Source: Candidatus Sumerlaeaceae bacterium (GTDB taxonomy: Bacteria; Sumerlaeota; Sumerlaeia; Sumerlaeales; Sumerlaeaceae). From it: DNA of 64,000 bases. The stretch covers positions 32,001 through 96,000 of the forward strand of contig JBPCLP010000021.1 of the NCBI GenBank assembly GCA_051003195.1, given 5' to 3'. Of the stretch, positions 17,595 through 27,953 are shown one piece after another; position 1 is the stretch's first letter, and each line of letters starts with the position of its first letter. The notes beneath the pieces were generated by a model. It saw nothing but the letters and a program-made list of their open reading frames with translations, was not told where the DNA came from and searched no databases. The position numbers and the translations under genes are program-made.

Positions 17595-18742
17595 AATACC
17601 TGCTGCTGACGTGGAGCAACCTGAAGCGCAAAAAGTTGCGCACCCTGCTCACCCTGTTTTCAATCGTTGTGGCTTTTATCCTCTTCGGGCTTCTGGCCGC
17701 CATTCACATGGCGCTAGTTGGCGGCGTTCAATTTGCCAGTAAGGACCGGATGATTACGCGCCACAAGATCTCAATCATCCAACTGCTTCCACAGAGCTAC
17801 AAGGCGCGAATTGAGCGCCTGCCGGGCGTGGTTTCAGCAGTGCACCAGACATGGTTTGGCGGCTACTACCAGGACCCAAAGAACTTTTTCATGCAATGTC
17901 CGGTGGTCCCAGAGGAATTCTTCGCTATGTTCCCCGAACTCATTATTACGCCCGAGCATATGAAGGCATGGCTGGCAACCCGCACGGGTGCGATTGTGGG
18001 GAAGGACAGCGCTGAGCGCTACGGATGGAAGATCGGGGATAATATACCAATTTTTTCGCCGTTGTGGAGCCACGACGGCAACTCGACATGGGAGTTCGAC
18101 ATGGTTGGGCTCTACGAGGGACGGCACAAGGGAACGGATGATACCGCGCTGTTCTTTCGCCATGACTACTTCGAAGAGGCGCGCAACTGGGGCAAGGGGC
18201 TGGTCGGGTGGTATTCGATTAAGGTGAAAGATTTAGCTAATTCGGCCCGGATTGCTGCTGCCATCGATAAGGAATTTGAAAACTCCCCCGCGGAGACGAA
18301 AACTGAGCCTGAGGGCGCTATGGCCCAGAGCTTCGTGAAGCAGATGGGCAATATCACCCTGATCATAGCAGCAATCATGGCAGCGGTCTTTTTTACCATT
18401 CTGCTGGTATCGGGCAACACCATGGCACAGGCAGTGCGCGAACGCACGGGTGAGCTGGGTGTGCTGAAGGCAATCGGCTTCACAAACCGGCAGGTGATGT
18501 CACTGGTGCTGCTGGAATCTTGTCTGCTTGCGGTGCTCGGTGGCGTCATCGGGCTTGGACTGGCGTATGCAATTACCTCCAGGGGCGATCCTACTAATGG
18601 AATGTTGCCCTTGTTTTTCCTTCCTGTGCGCGATGTGCTTATCGGCCTTGCGATAAGCCTCGGACTCGGCCTCGTCACCGGCATATTTCCGGCCATGCAG
18701 GCATTGCGCCTGCGTGTGGCGGACGCACTGAGGAGGATGTAG
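17591..18742 (+). CDS. ABC transporter permease (MacB/FtsX family)
   Basis: NLKRKKLRT-TM, periplasmic domain, VRERTGELGVLKAIG. Confidence 0.92.
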   Translation: MKYLLLTWSNLKRKKLRTLLTLFSIVVAFILFGLLAAIHMALVGGVQFASKDRMITRHKISIIQLLPQSYKARIERLPGVVSAVHQTWFGGYYQDPKNFFMQCPVVPEEFFAMFPELIITPEHMKAWLATRTGAIVGKDSAERYGWKIGDNIPIFSPLWSHDGNSTWEFDMVGLYEGRHKGTDDTALFFRHDYFEEARNWGKGLVGWYSIKVKDLANSARIAAAIDKEFENSPAETKTEPEGAMAQSFVKQMGNITLIIAAIMAAVFFTILLVSGNTMAQAVRERTGELGVLKAIGFTNRQVMSLVLLESCLLAVLGGVIGLGLAYAITSRGDPTNGMLPLFFLPVRDVLIGLAISLGLGLVTGIFPAMQALRLRVADALRRM

Positions 18743-18911
18743 TGATCTATTCCAGAGGACATTCCGGACGATTCCATGAGGGGAGGCTGGGGCAGCACAG
18801 GTCTCGTCCCGCAAAGTTGGAGTGCGGAAGCCATGCTGACTCTTCGCTGGTAATCGTGAGTTCGTGCACTGCTCGTAAATTGTCTGCTATGCGCGTCAAC
18901 AGGTCAGCTTC

Positions 18912-20093
18912 GTGAACGCTCTTAAACAAATTGTCTCTATCACAAACTTCGGCTTGCTGAGCATTCCTCAGCGGCGGGGATCGGTTGCGGCGGCCGTCGT
19001 GGGTATTGCCGGGGTCGTCGCCGTCCTCGTCGGGGTACTCTCCATTGCCACGGGCATTCGTCGTGTGATGGACCTGTCCGGTTCACCCGACTCTGCCATC
19101 GTATTGCGCACCGGCGCAGACAGCGAAATGATGAGTGGCCTTGGCCGGGACGAGACGCGCGTTATCCTGGATGCGCCCGGCCTGGCGCGCGATACGGACG
19201 GTCCACTCGCGTCCGCCGAGTTGTTCGTGATCATCGACATTCCAAAACTATCCACCGGTACCGAAGCGAACGTGCCGCTTCGCGGCGTACAGCCAGCGGC
19301 TCCCAAAGTGCGCGAACATTTTAAAATTGTGCAGGGACGAATGTTCGAATGGGGCAAGAACGAGATAATCGTCGGTATCGGCGCACTGCGGGAATTTGCC
19401 GGGCTCGATCTCGGAAAGTCGATCCGTGTTGGTCGAAACACATGGACGGTAGTGGGGGTATTCTCCGCAAACGGTGGGAGCACGGAATCCGAGATCTGGA
19501 CCGACGCCAAGGTGCTTCAGGATGGCTACAACCGCGGTGAGAGCTATCAGTCGATGTCCGTAAAACTCGCATCCGCCAGCGCGTTCCAGCAATTCAAAGA
19601 CGCGCTCACTGCCAACCCGCAACTGCGCGTGAAAGTGCAGCGTCAATCCGAGTATTACGCGAACCAGTCGCGGATGCTAAGCTCGCTGATTACCACTTTG
19701 GGTTACCTTATTGCGGGACTTATGGCCATGGGCGCTGTCTTCGGTGCGCTTAACACGATGTATAGCTCTGTGTCCGCACGTACGCGCGAGATCGCGACAC
19801 TTCGTGCCCTGGGCTTTGGGCGCGCTCCTATTGTGGTCGCCTTCATGCTGGAATCTATATGCCTCGCGCTGATTGGCGGGGTGCTCGGCGCGGCCGTATC
19901 CTACCTTGTGTTCAATGGCTTCGAGACGGCGACCATGGCAAACTTCAGCCAGGTGACGTTCGCTTTCGCCGTGACGACTCCACTGCTCGTGCAAGGAATT
20001 CTCTGGGCCACGGTCATTGGCCTCTTCGGCGGATTTCTGCCTGCTCTTCGCGCCGCAAGACTCCCCATCGCCACTGCCCTGCGGGAAATGTAG
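18912..20093 (+). CDS. ABC transporter permease (MacB/FtsX family)
   Basis: TM + periplasmic domain; ARTREIATLRALG; PALRAARLPIATALR. Confidence 0.92.
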   Translation: MNALKQIVSITNFGLLSIPQRRGSVAAAVVGIAGVVAVLVGVLSIATGIRRVMDLSGSPDSAIVLRTGADSEMMSGLGRDETRVILDAPGLARDTDGPLASAELFVIIDIPKLSTGTEANVPLRGVQPAAPKVREHFKIVQGRMFEWGKNEIIVGIGALREFAGLDLGKSIRVGRNTWTVVGVFSANGGSTESEIWTDAKVLQDGYNRGESYQSMSVKLASASAFQQFKDALTANPQLRVKVQRQSEYYANQSRMLSSLITTLGYLIAGLMAMGAVFGALNTMYSSVSARTREIATLRALGFGRAPIVVAFMLESICLALIGGVLGAAVSYLVFNGFETATMANFSQVTFAFAVTTPLLVQGILWATVIGLFGGFLPALRAARLPIATALREM

Positions 20094-20208
20094 CGCTGCG
20101 TAATCGTCTGAAAGGGCAGCGGCTACACCTGGCCTAAAAGCAGTAGCGGGATGCGGTGCCTGCTTTTCGTTTGGCTAACGCTGATACGCGGGGCTGCAGA
20201 TACGTGCG

Positions 20209-22041
20209 ATGAATCGAAAGAAAACCACTGCATCCAGGCGCCATGCCGGGATGAACCCCACTGCACCGACTATGGCAACGCCCGCTTCCCTGCCGCTTTT
20301 GGTCACACATGTACTGCTCCCGGGGTTAGTGGTTTTAGCGGCGGCGTTTCTGGCGATCCACCCTATCACCGATCCGGATTTCTGGTACCATGCTGCGTTT
20401 GGGCGCGAAGCGCTCCGAGCCGGTCACCTGCCGCGGCAGGACATTTTCTCCTACACGGCACTCGGTCATTCGTGGATTTCCTCAGGCTGGCTGTCCTCCA
20501 TCACACTGCACTCTTTAACCACTGCCGCCGGGGCAGTTGGGCCAGTTCTGCTTGTGTTCGTCTGTGTCGCAGCAGCCGCACTCACGACCTATTTTGCCGC
20601 GTTGCGCACGTACGCCGCACCGGCCGCGGCCGCACTGCTGTTGCTCGGCGCACTCCTGGCGTCCTATCCACGATTCAATCCGCGGCCTGATATCCTGAGC
20701 CAGTTCCTCATCGTGCCGCTCGTGCTGCTGCTCGCGTCCACGGAACGCATGGCAAGTGCGCGTTCGGTCGGATCTTCCCGACGCCTCTGGATTTTGCCTG
20801 TCTACTTTGTTATTTGGGCGAATCTCCACGCGCTTTTCTTCCTCGGACTGGCGGTGGTCGCTCTGTATGCCGGGTGGCGTGTTCGGCTGTGGCACAAAAG
20901 CAGGGACCACGCGCACCTCCTCGCCATCGTCCCCTGCATGCTCTGTTTCGCCACGTGGCTGCTCAATCCCTATGGGTGGCGGTTGCTTCAGTTCGCATAT
21001 GACAACGCAACTTTGCCAAAGGTAGCCGAACGGGTCTACGAGTTGAAGCCGCTACTTAATGCGGAAACGCTGCGTGGTGGACTGCCGTTCCACATACTCG
21101 GCGCCATCGCGCTGTTGCTGGCGCTTGGGGGCATCGCGTACTGGAAAAATCGACAGCAGGTGCCGCCCTGGCGGGCGGGAGCACTCGCGTTGTTTGTATT
21201 TCTGCTCTTCTACCAGAGACGACAAATAGGTCTCGCGGGCGCGGCCATCCCAGCTCTGCTCGCACCGAATCTTGCGATGCTGGAATCAACTCTGCGGCGC
21301 AACCGCTGGCTGGCTCCATCAGTTGCGATCGCAGCCGCCACGCTTATCTGCGGTCTTCGATTAACGGGCGCGCTGGAAATCTCACGGGGTCTGCCTCGTG
21401 CAGGTGTCGATTGCGAGTGGTTTCCTTGTGGTGCAGCGAAATTCCTGCGCGAAAATCCCGCGCCATCGCAGCTCTTCCATGACCTTTACACCGGCGGATA
21501 CCTGCTCCACGAACTCGGTACCGGACAAAAAGTGTTTATCGACGGGCGGCTTGAAATATACAAGGACGGCCCGTGGCAGGATTACTTCGGGCCGCCCGAA
21601 AAGCGAATGACCAGCGACGAGTTGTTTTCCAAATACGGCGTCCAGACCTGCGTGCTCGACATTCGTGGCATCCGAAACAATCCGGGGCATCTGGCCAATC
21701 AGCTCGCTGGACGATCCGACTGGCTACCCGTCTATTTCGACGACCACTACTGCGCGCTGGTCCGCGAAACCTCCGCGACAAAGTCTTATGTCGAACGGCA
21801 CGGCTTCCGTTTCGTTAACCCGTTCAACTGGAACCGGCTGAATGGCGCAACCGATGACGCGTCTCGCGCGGCCGCGTTGCTCGAAGCCCAGCGCGCCGTG
21901 AAGCTGGCCCCCAACTCCGCCGCCGCTAATACGGCCATGGCTCTTATGTACTACAACCGCGGCAATCGAACCGAAGGCGACAGGTACCTGAAAACAGCAC
22001 AGGCAGTCGATCCAACAATTGAGCTCGCGCCTCAGCCATAA
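20209..22041 (+). CDS. Polytopic membrane protein, probable GT-C fold, with C-terminal TPR
   Basis: DPDFWYH..GR, DIFSYT, WANLH, NPYG, VFIDGR motifs; C-terminal TPR-like helices; start may be 20251. Confidence 0.65.
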   Translation: MNRKKTTASRRHAGMNPTAPTMATPASLPLLVTHVLLPGLVVLAAAFLAIHPITDPDFWYHAAFGREALRAGHLPRQDIFSYTALGHSWISSGWLSSITLHSLTTAAGAVGPVLLVFVCVAAAALTTYFAALRTYAAPAAAALLLLGALLASYPRFNPRPDILSQFLIVPLVLLLASTERMASARSVGSSRRLWILPVYFVIWANLHALFFLGLAVVALYAGWRVRLWHKSRDHAHLLAIVPCMLCFATWLLNPYGWRLLQFAYDNATLPKVAERVYELKPLLNAETLRGGLPFHILGAIALLLALGGIAYWKNRQQVPPWRAGALALFVFLLFYQRRQIGLAGAAIPALLAPNLAMLESTLRRNRWLAPSVAIAAATLICGLRLTGALEISRGLPRAGVDCEWFPCGAAKFLRENPAPSQLFHDLYTGGYLLHELGTGQKVFIDGRLEIYKDGPWQDYFGPPEKRMTSDELFSKYGVQTCVLDIRGIRNNPGHLANQLAGRSDWLPVYFDDHYCALVRETSATKSYVERHGFRFVNPFNWNRLNGATDDASRAAALLEAQRAVKLAPNSAAANTAMALMYYNRGNRTEGDRYLKTAQAVDPTIELAPQP

Positions 22042-22069
22042 AAAAAGCCCCGCCGTTACCCGGCGGGGC
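22040..22069 (-). terminator. Intrinsic terminator for the minus-strand nuclease gene
   Basis: GCCCCGCCG-ttacc-CGGCGGGGC stem with a 7-A tract on the left (U tract on minus strand). Confidence 0.85.
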
Positions 22070-22093
22070 CTCCACATTTCCGGTAGCAGCTCG

Positions 22094-23755
22094 CTATTCG
22101 AACGTCACCTTCAGGTTGAAAGTCGCGGCCGTGTAGCCGTTCACTGAGACATACCATGTTCCCGCACTTAGCGGCTTTGGACTCGAAGTTGTCGTGACCG
22201 TGACGGACTCGTTGCTGCCGTCCAGGTACGGACGATAATCGTATGCGCTGAGCGTAGGCAGTGAATCTTTGCGGATATACAAATCACCATCGCCACTCGA
22301 GCCACTCAGCGTGCAGACCATCCTGGTGTTTGCTGATCCAACCGTCACCGTGTAATTCTTCCACGCACCTGACGCGACCGATACATTCGTCACATCGACC
22401 ACGGTAGTTGGCCCGGGTGTGGGAGTTGGTGTTGGAGTTGGCGTGGGTGTCGGAGTTGGCGTTGCGCCGGTCGTAACCGTTGCCGTCAGGTTGATCGCGC
22501 TGGCCGTCGCGCTGTAGCCGTAGACACCAATGTAATACGTGCTGCTGACCACAAGGGCCGGTGTCGATGATGCGTTCACCGTCACGCTTTCCGCCGAACC
22601 GCTTAAGTAGGGTCGAAAATCGTAAGCGCTCAGTGTCGGCGAACTGCCACGTCGTACATACAAATCGGCATCGTTCGTGCCGGTCATGTTGATCTGCAGA
22701 GCGGTACCGTTTGATGGCACGGCGATCGTGTAATACTTCCAGGTTCCCTGCGAAACGGTTGCACTGACGGTCTGCCCGCTGGTGAGCGCCGTTGGTCCGG
22801 GAGTGGGTGTTGGTGTTGGTGTTGGAGTCGGAGTTGGCGTCGGGGTTGGTGTGGGCGTGGTGCCGGAGATAATGAAATCGCGCACGACCGCCATGTGCTG
22901 CATGTTCACGGCAGCGCTGTCGCCGGAAAGCACCGGCGACACATCGCTCAGCGGAGAATAGACTCGGCTATCGAACACGAGCCCATTCGTGAAGCTCTGG
23001 CTACCAATGATCACCGCGGTTCTGATCGCGTCGAGGTCAGGGTCTGGAAGCACCCAGTCGTAAGGTTTTGCCCGCGAGGCATTCGTATTACCATTCGCAG
23101 CCTGGTCTACTGGATATGGGGACCCGGTGTTCACTACAGCCTGCAAGGTACCGAGGCAGGCTTCCGTGCGGCTTGCGGTGTTCAGGTCTCCGCCGACAAC
23201 GAGGTAATCGCTCGTCGGCACATTCGCCTGGATGAAGTTGCGCAACGACACCGCCTCGTTATTGCGGGTGGTCGCGTCACTGGTGAGCAAATGAATGCTC
23301 ACTGCCCACAAGTCTTTGGTGCCGGGCACGTCGATGCGCGCCCACACGAATGTGCGGTTGCTGACATACGGGTCCGTCCAGCTGCCGCTCGACAGGATCG
23401 GATAGCGGCTGATCACGCCGTTCGGAATCTGTGCGGCTGGTCCGCGCGCGTAGGTGAAGCCCGTGCCGAACGTGCTGGTGACCCATCCGGACAACGTGGC
23501 GGCGGAGTTGTCGCCGTAGTTGAACTCCTGGATCATGGTGATGTCGGGCTTGAGGCCCTTGAAGATCCGGGTGCCTTCTCCGGGATCGTACGACTGCAGA
23601 TTGCCGCTCGATATGTTAGCGGCGATGATACGAACACGGGTCTGCGCAGTGGCTTCGGATGCAGAAAAAGACAGAAGAGACGCCACTGCAAGTGCGGCCA
23701 GGAACCGGCCGTTACAGACACCGTTCGCGAAAAATAAACCCGGCAAACGGATCAT
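22094..23755 (-). CDS. Secreted endonuclease/exonuclease/phosphatase-family protein with two PPC domains and Pro-Thr linkers
   Basis: Signal peptide; AANIS, IQEF, SIHL, GGDLN, YDWV, QH EEP motifs; two DADLYVR/DGDLYIR PPC domains; alternative GTG start at 23818. Confidence 0.8.
   Translation of the reverse strand: MIRLPGLFFANGVCNGRFLAALAVASLLSFSASEATAQTRVRIIAANISSGNLQSYDPGEGTRIFKGLKPDITMIQEFNYGDNSAATLSGWVTSTFGTGFTYARGPAAQIPNGVISRYPILSSGSWTDPYVSNRTFVWARIDVPGTKDLWAVSIHLLTSDATTRNNEAVSLRNFIQANVPTSDYLVVGGDLNTASRTEACLGTLQAVVNTGSPYPVDQAANGNTNASRAKPYDWVLPDPDLDAIRTAVIIGSQSFTNGLVFDSRVYSPLSDVSPVLSGDSAAVNMQHMAVVRDFIISGTTPTPTPTPTPTPTPTPTPTPGPTALTSGQTVSATVSQGTWKYYTIAVPSNGTALQINMTGTNDADLYVRRGSSPTLSAYDFRPYLSGSAESVTVNASSTPALVVSSTYYIGVYGYSATASAINLTATVTTGATPTPTPTPTPTPTPTPGPTTVVDVTNVSVASGAWKNYTVTVGSANTRMVCTLSGSSGDGDLYIRKDSLPTLSAYDYRPYLDGSNESVTVTTTSSPKPLSAGTWYVSVNGYTAATFNLKVTFE
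22414..22462 (-). repeat. Pro-Thr linker coding repeat (hexamer)
   Basis: Degenerate hexamer repeat encoding (TP)n. Confidence 0.9.
22798..22858 (-). repeat. Pro-Thr linker coding repeat (hexamer)
   Basis: Degenerate hexamer repeat encoding (TP)n. Confidence 0.9.
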
Positions 23756-23882
23756 GAAGAAGGCTCCAGAACTGGAATGCCTCCGCCGGCTACGCCAGCG
23801 AAAGAGAGGACTGGGCACACGGCGTATAGGAAAGGCAACCGTTAATGCATGGAATGGTCAATCAGCACCACGCACACTGGTG

Positions 23883-26633
23883 CTATTTGTCCGACCGGTA
23901 CGGCTTCCGCGTTCTATAAAGCTCGAGTTGCTTGTCCAATTCAGCAGCGTCGCGGTCGCGATTCATTTGCCGGGCCATGCGGTGCGCTTCGGTTGCGGCT
24001 GCGATCGCCTCATCGAACTTGCCCTGCTCTGCTAAAGCCGCCGCTAATGTTTGCTGCACGAAAAGATTTGGTTGGCCGAGAAGTTGAATGGCTTGCCGCA
24101 CAAGGCGTTCCGCTTCCGCGCCATTGCGGAGGTTGTTGGTTTTCGCCGTGGCCCGCAGCCATGCCAGCGCGTTGAGCGCGCGCGCGCTGTTGGAATTCTG
24201 CGCCATTGGGGCAAGCATCTTATCCGCCTCCATTTCATTTCCGGTCGCGCGAGAGGCGGTCGCCAGTCCGACGATTGCTTCGTCGGAGTCAGGTTTGAGA
24301 CTTACTGCTTTCGAAAGTAAGAGCTGCGCCGAGTCGTAGCGTTCCAGGTCCAGCGCTACCTGGCCCGCATACGCAAGCAGCGCAGAGTTGGACGTATCTT
24401 CAATCCGCACCGCATCCAGCTCCCGAGTCGCGAGGTCCATAGATCGGCGCGCGACGTGCATCGCTGCGCGAACCACCGACGCCGCGAGCGGCGATTTCGT
24501 CGCGACGGCATTACACGCGCTTTCCCGTGCGGGTCCTTCCAATCCACTTACCATCAATGCAACTGCGCTAAAGTAGCCGCTCTCTTCGGGTTGGAGCCGC
24601 AGCGCCTCAGCGGCGCACCAGGCTCCCTCTTGCTGCCTTCCCTGTGCGGCAACCGATTGCGCGAGCCCGTGCCAGCCATCTGCTATCGATGGATTGATGG
24701 TCAGCGCGGTGCGTTCGGCAGCCTCAGCCGATTTCCAGTCGCGGCGCGACAGGTAAATATTGGCCAGGTTGAGGTGCGCCTTCTCGTCGAAAGGGTCGCA
24801 CGTGACGGCCTTTCGATACTCCGCAATAGCGTCGTCCTGCCTGCCTGAGAGCTGATACTGCGCGCCAAGACCATTGTGCGCTCGACCAAGATCGGGCCGC
24901 AGCTCGATCGCTTTCGTATAGCATGCGATGGACTTCGTGTAATTCCTTTTCAGCTCATATAGATCACCCAAAGCCATCTGCGCCTGCGGGTTTTTCGGCA
25001 TCAGCTCGATCGCCTTAACGAGGTCCGCTTCGGCCTCGTCCCATTGCCCGAGCATCTTATGCGCAATCCCGCGCGTGTAGATTGCTTCAAAGACGCCTGG
25101 CTTGCCGGTCAGATAGTTCGTCATCAGCCGCACGCCCTTCGAAACGTCTACTTCGTCGACGACGTAGGCGATTCCGTAGTAGAGGTCCGACAGTTCCTGT
25201 GCGATTTGCTCGGGATAATACGCGCGGATCTCGCCCTTGTACGCGGGATTGTGTTCATGCCTCGGCGCCAGCAATTCCTCTTCGGGTCTCCGGAAGCGCT
25301 GGATGAAGTGATCCGTCATGACCACATGTACGACATCGTCGGTTCGCCGCTGCGGCATGTGACACTGGATGCAGTTGTCCTGCACGACCGCTCGCATATC
25401 CGGCTTCTCGGTGCAGTCCGACTTACCTGGCGCGTGGCATTCGCGGCAGCTCGCAATACCGGCTGCCGTGCGATTCTCAGGAACTTTGTGTGGATCATGA
25501 CAACTTGTGCAGGTCAGCCGCCCTTGGCTGGCCGTGAAACATTTACTCATGCGCATCCGGTAGGCCTGCCCGGCGATTTCGAACTTGTCGTCTCTGCCGA
25601 CGCCTTTCGGGTGATCGAAGGAGATGCGATAATCCGCGAGCGACATTCCCGGCCGCCAGCTATAGACGGGGCTGTCGATAGTCTGTACGCTATGCGGCAG
25701 CTTGCCGCTGGTCGTCTCCAGGTGACACGCCATGCACGTGTCGAGTTCCGCCTCGTCGCTGATATTGCCGGCGTTCACGATTGCCTTCTTCACCTTCTCA
25801 CTGGAAGCTTTCTCACGGGCGAGCTTCACGTGTTCCGCGGCCGGTCCATGGCAGTTTTCGCAGCCGATGGCGGTCAGTGGCTCGGTACCGAAATCCGACG
25901 TTTCGCCATAATTAAAACGGTCTGCGCCGGCAGGGAGGTTCGGTATGCCCCCGTGGCAGAACATGCAGTCGTAGGTTATCCGCCGCGAGAAGCCCATGTG
26001 CATTGCGCTGTCGTAGCCCGGGTTCATCGCCCATTGTTTTTCCTGCGAATACCACGCAACCGGCAGCTGGTACAGCTTCCCGCCGGGTTCTTCGTGCAGG
26101 TAACTGCGCGCGTGGTTGCCAGACCCGACGATGTAGTTTATCTCGGCTCGCAATTCATTAATCGCTTTTCCCTCCGGTGATTTCTGATAGCGTACCTGGA
26201 AAAACTTTTCGCCTTCGCGCAGCATGCGAAAGTACTGCTGCGATGGCTGGTGATAGAATTCCGGCGCTGAAGTATAGTCTTCGATGATGTTCGTGACTGT
26301 GGGACGGTAGAGGCTGCGTCCCATTGCGACGTGGCTGTACGTGCTCACGATTTCGGCGTGGCATTCGGCGCAGCTTTGCGAGCCAATATAGCCGGCGGCA
26401 GGGCCGGTGGTAGCCCGTACCCAGCTTAGGCTTTCACCCGGGCTATACGGCAACTTCTCAGATTTGTAGAGTAACAGAGCCGCCAACGCTGCCGCTGTCA
26501 GCGTCGCGAGGAGAACAGCCCACGCCCGAATGCGCTTACTCTGCGCAAACGCCGATGCAGGTGCTTTCGAACGTAGCGGTGCATGCACCTTGTGGCCTTC
26601 GCGCTTGCGCCCCTTTTTGCTCATGGGGTGCAA
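23883..26633 (-). CDS. Multiheme c-type cytochrome (7 CxxCH) with C-terminal TPR array
   Basis: CAECH, CMFCH, CENCH, CMACH, CTSCH, CRECH, CIQCH; N-terminal TM; many TPR repeats. Confidence 0.88.
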   Translation of the reverse strand: MHPMSKKGRKREGHKVHAPLRSKAPASAFAQSKRIRAWAVLLATLTAAALAALLLYKSEKLPYSPGESLSWVRATTGPAAGYIGSQSCAECHAEIVSTYSHVAMGRSLYRPTVTNIIEDYTSAPEFYHQPSQQYFRMLREGEKFFQVRYQKSPEGKAINELRAEINYIVGSGNHARSYLHEEPGGKLYQLPVAWYSQEKQWAMNPGYDSAMHMGFSRRITYDCMFCHGGIPNLPAGADRFNYGETSDFGTEPLTAIGCENCHGPAAEHVKLAREKASSEKVKKAIVNAGNISDEAELDTCMACHLETTSGKLPHSVQTIDSPVYSWRPGMSLADYRISFDHPKGVGRDDKFEIAGQAYRMRMSKCFTASQGRLTCTSCHDPHKVPENRTAAGIASCRECHAPGKSDCTEKPDMRAVVQDNCIQCHMPQRRTDDVVHVVMTDHFIQRFRRPEEELLAPRHEHNPAYKGEIRAYYPEQIAQELSDLYYGIAYVVDEVDVSKGVRLMTNYLTGKPGVFEAIYTRGIAHKMLGQWDEAEADLVKAIELMPKNPQAQMALGDLYELKRNYTKSIACYTKAIELRPDLGRAHNGLGAQYQLSGRQDDAIAEYRKAVTCDPFDEKAHLNLANIYLSRRDWKSAEAAERTALTINPSIADGWHGLAQSVAAQGRQQEGAWCAAEALRLQPEESGYFSAVALMVSGLEGPARESACNAVATKSPLAASVVRAAMHVARRSMDLATRELDAVRIEDTSNSALLAYAGQVALDLERYDSAQLLLSKAVSLKPDSDEAIVGLATASRATGNEMEADKMLAPMAQNSNSARALNALAWLRATAKTNNLRNGAEAERLVRQAIQLLGQPNLFVQQTLAAALAEQGKFDEAIAAATEAHRMARQMNRDRDAAELDKQLELYRTRKPYRSDK

Positions 26634-26857
26634 AGAGTTTTAGTTTGGCGCAGCAGATGCAACGCGATTCAACTCCGCCTGGAACGTCCAGAGACGAACA
26701 GTTCCTTAAACGAGAAATACGCCTTTGCGCTGCTCGCGCTTGACGTGGCCCGTCCAAATCTCCAGCTTTATTAGAACATATCCCGGCGGCTCTCGCGAGC
26801 GGGCAACTGGCCGCCCCTTCTCGAAATTCGCCGGGAACAAATTCGCGAGGTACTGCA

Positions 26858-27577
26858 ATGGTGACCCGTTCTCTCACGCTCCCGTTGCTTGCAGTGATCG
26901 CAGCCACCCTGACGCGCGCAGGCGCAGCCGGTGATGGCATTGCGAACGAGCAAGTCAGCATCACACGAGGCATAGGCCCCGATAAGGCCCGGCTGGCATT
27001 CGTCCACGCAATCGCGGGGGCAGACAAAGTCGATCTCCTGGGCGATGGCCGCGTATTGCGCCGTAACGTCAGCTATGGCCGGCGACTTAAACCTCAATCG
27101 TTGCGCGCAGAAGGCTACAGCCTCGATGTTGATGCAGCTAAGGTGGGGCTGCCCTACATCGACGCGTTCACAGCAGATCTACAGGGCGGTAGGGATTACA
27201 CTTTCGTCGCCTATGGTAACACGGAGAGCAGTAGTCCGACTCTCGGACTTCTTGTCGATGTACCCGGGCTGCTTGTTCCGAAAGACACAGTACAGTTGCT
27301 CTTCACCAATGCCTCACCCGATTCACTTCCGGCAGATTTACTGATAGACGGCCAGGTGTTGTATTCAGGTGTCGCTTCCGGCAGCTTTCAAGGTCCACAG
27401 CCGATGGATGATAGTAAGCACGAGGTTGAAGTTCGGATAAACGGTCTAAGCGTGGTGGGACCGACCGTTAAAAAGTTCAAACATCGTGAGACAATCAACC
27501 TGGTGCTTTACGGCACGGCGTTGGGCGAAGACGGCAAACCCCTGCAACTTTTAAGCTCGGAGATGAAGTCGAGATAA
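26858..27577 (+). CDS. Exported DUF4397-like protein
   Basis: Signal peptide; two repeats (AFVHA..VDL / FTNASPD..DL) typical of DUF4397. Confidence 0.7.
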   Translation: MVTRSLTLPLLAVIAATLTRAGAAGDGIANEQVSITRGIGPDKARLAFVHAIAGADKVDLLGDGRVLRRNVSYGRRLKPQSLRAEGYSLDVDAAKVGLPYIDAFTADLQGGRDYTFVAYGNTESSSPTLGLLVDVPGLLVPKDTVQLLFTNASPDSLPADLLIDGQVLYSGVASGSFQGPQPMDDSKHEVEVRINGLSVVGPTVKKFKHRETINLVLYGTALGEDGKPLQLLSSEMKSR

Positions 27578-27650
27578 CCCAACGCGGTTCCTCAATGTTG
27601 CACTTGCGTGAGGCTCCGCTGGCTGCTCCGTATGCACCGAAAAGGAGCTT

Positions 27651-27938
27651 ATGATGCCTACCGAAGTGCGCGCCAGCCACATACTGGTTTTGACTGAAAA
27701 AGAAGCGCAGGACCTGAAGAAAAAAATTGCCGAGGGGGAGAAGTTCGCCCGTGTGGCAAAGCGATTCAGCACGTGTCCCAGTAGTGATGAAGGCGGGGAT
27801 CTCGGGTTTTTCAGCAAAGGAATGATGGCCCAGGAATTCGAAGATGCAGCATTCAAGGCGCCGCTGAATAAGGTGGTCGGGCCGGTAAAAACGGAGTTCG
27901 GCTACCACCTGATCATGGTAACCGAGCAGAAGGACTGA
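27651..27938 (+). CDS. ppiC: Parvulin-type peptidyl-prolyl isomerase
   Basis: ASHILV, STCPS..GGDLG, GPVKTEFGYHLI; AGGAG RBS. Confidence 0.93.
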   Translation: MMPTEVRASHILVLTEKEAQDLKKKIAEGEKFARVAKRFSTCPSSDEGGDLGFFSKGMMAQEFEDAAFKAPLNKVVGPVKTEFGYHLIMVTEQKD

Positions 27939-27953
27939 TATAGCGGGGCGATT

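Noticed and set aside
18758..18770. 13-bp match GACATTCCGGACG with 53163-53175
   Set aside because: Many 13-mer matches are expected by chance in 64 kb and the flanks do not extend the match
22414..22858. Hexamer tandem repeats as VNTR/CRISPR-like features
   Set aside because: Fully explained as degenerate codons of Pro-Thr linkers
25044..26180. Long antisense ORFs (e.g. 378 aa here, 280 aa at 22895-23737, 281 aa at 44277-45122)
   Set aside because: Shadow ORFs opposite or overlapping well-supported genes, typical of high-GC DNA; no recognisable motifs
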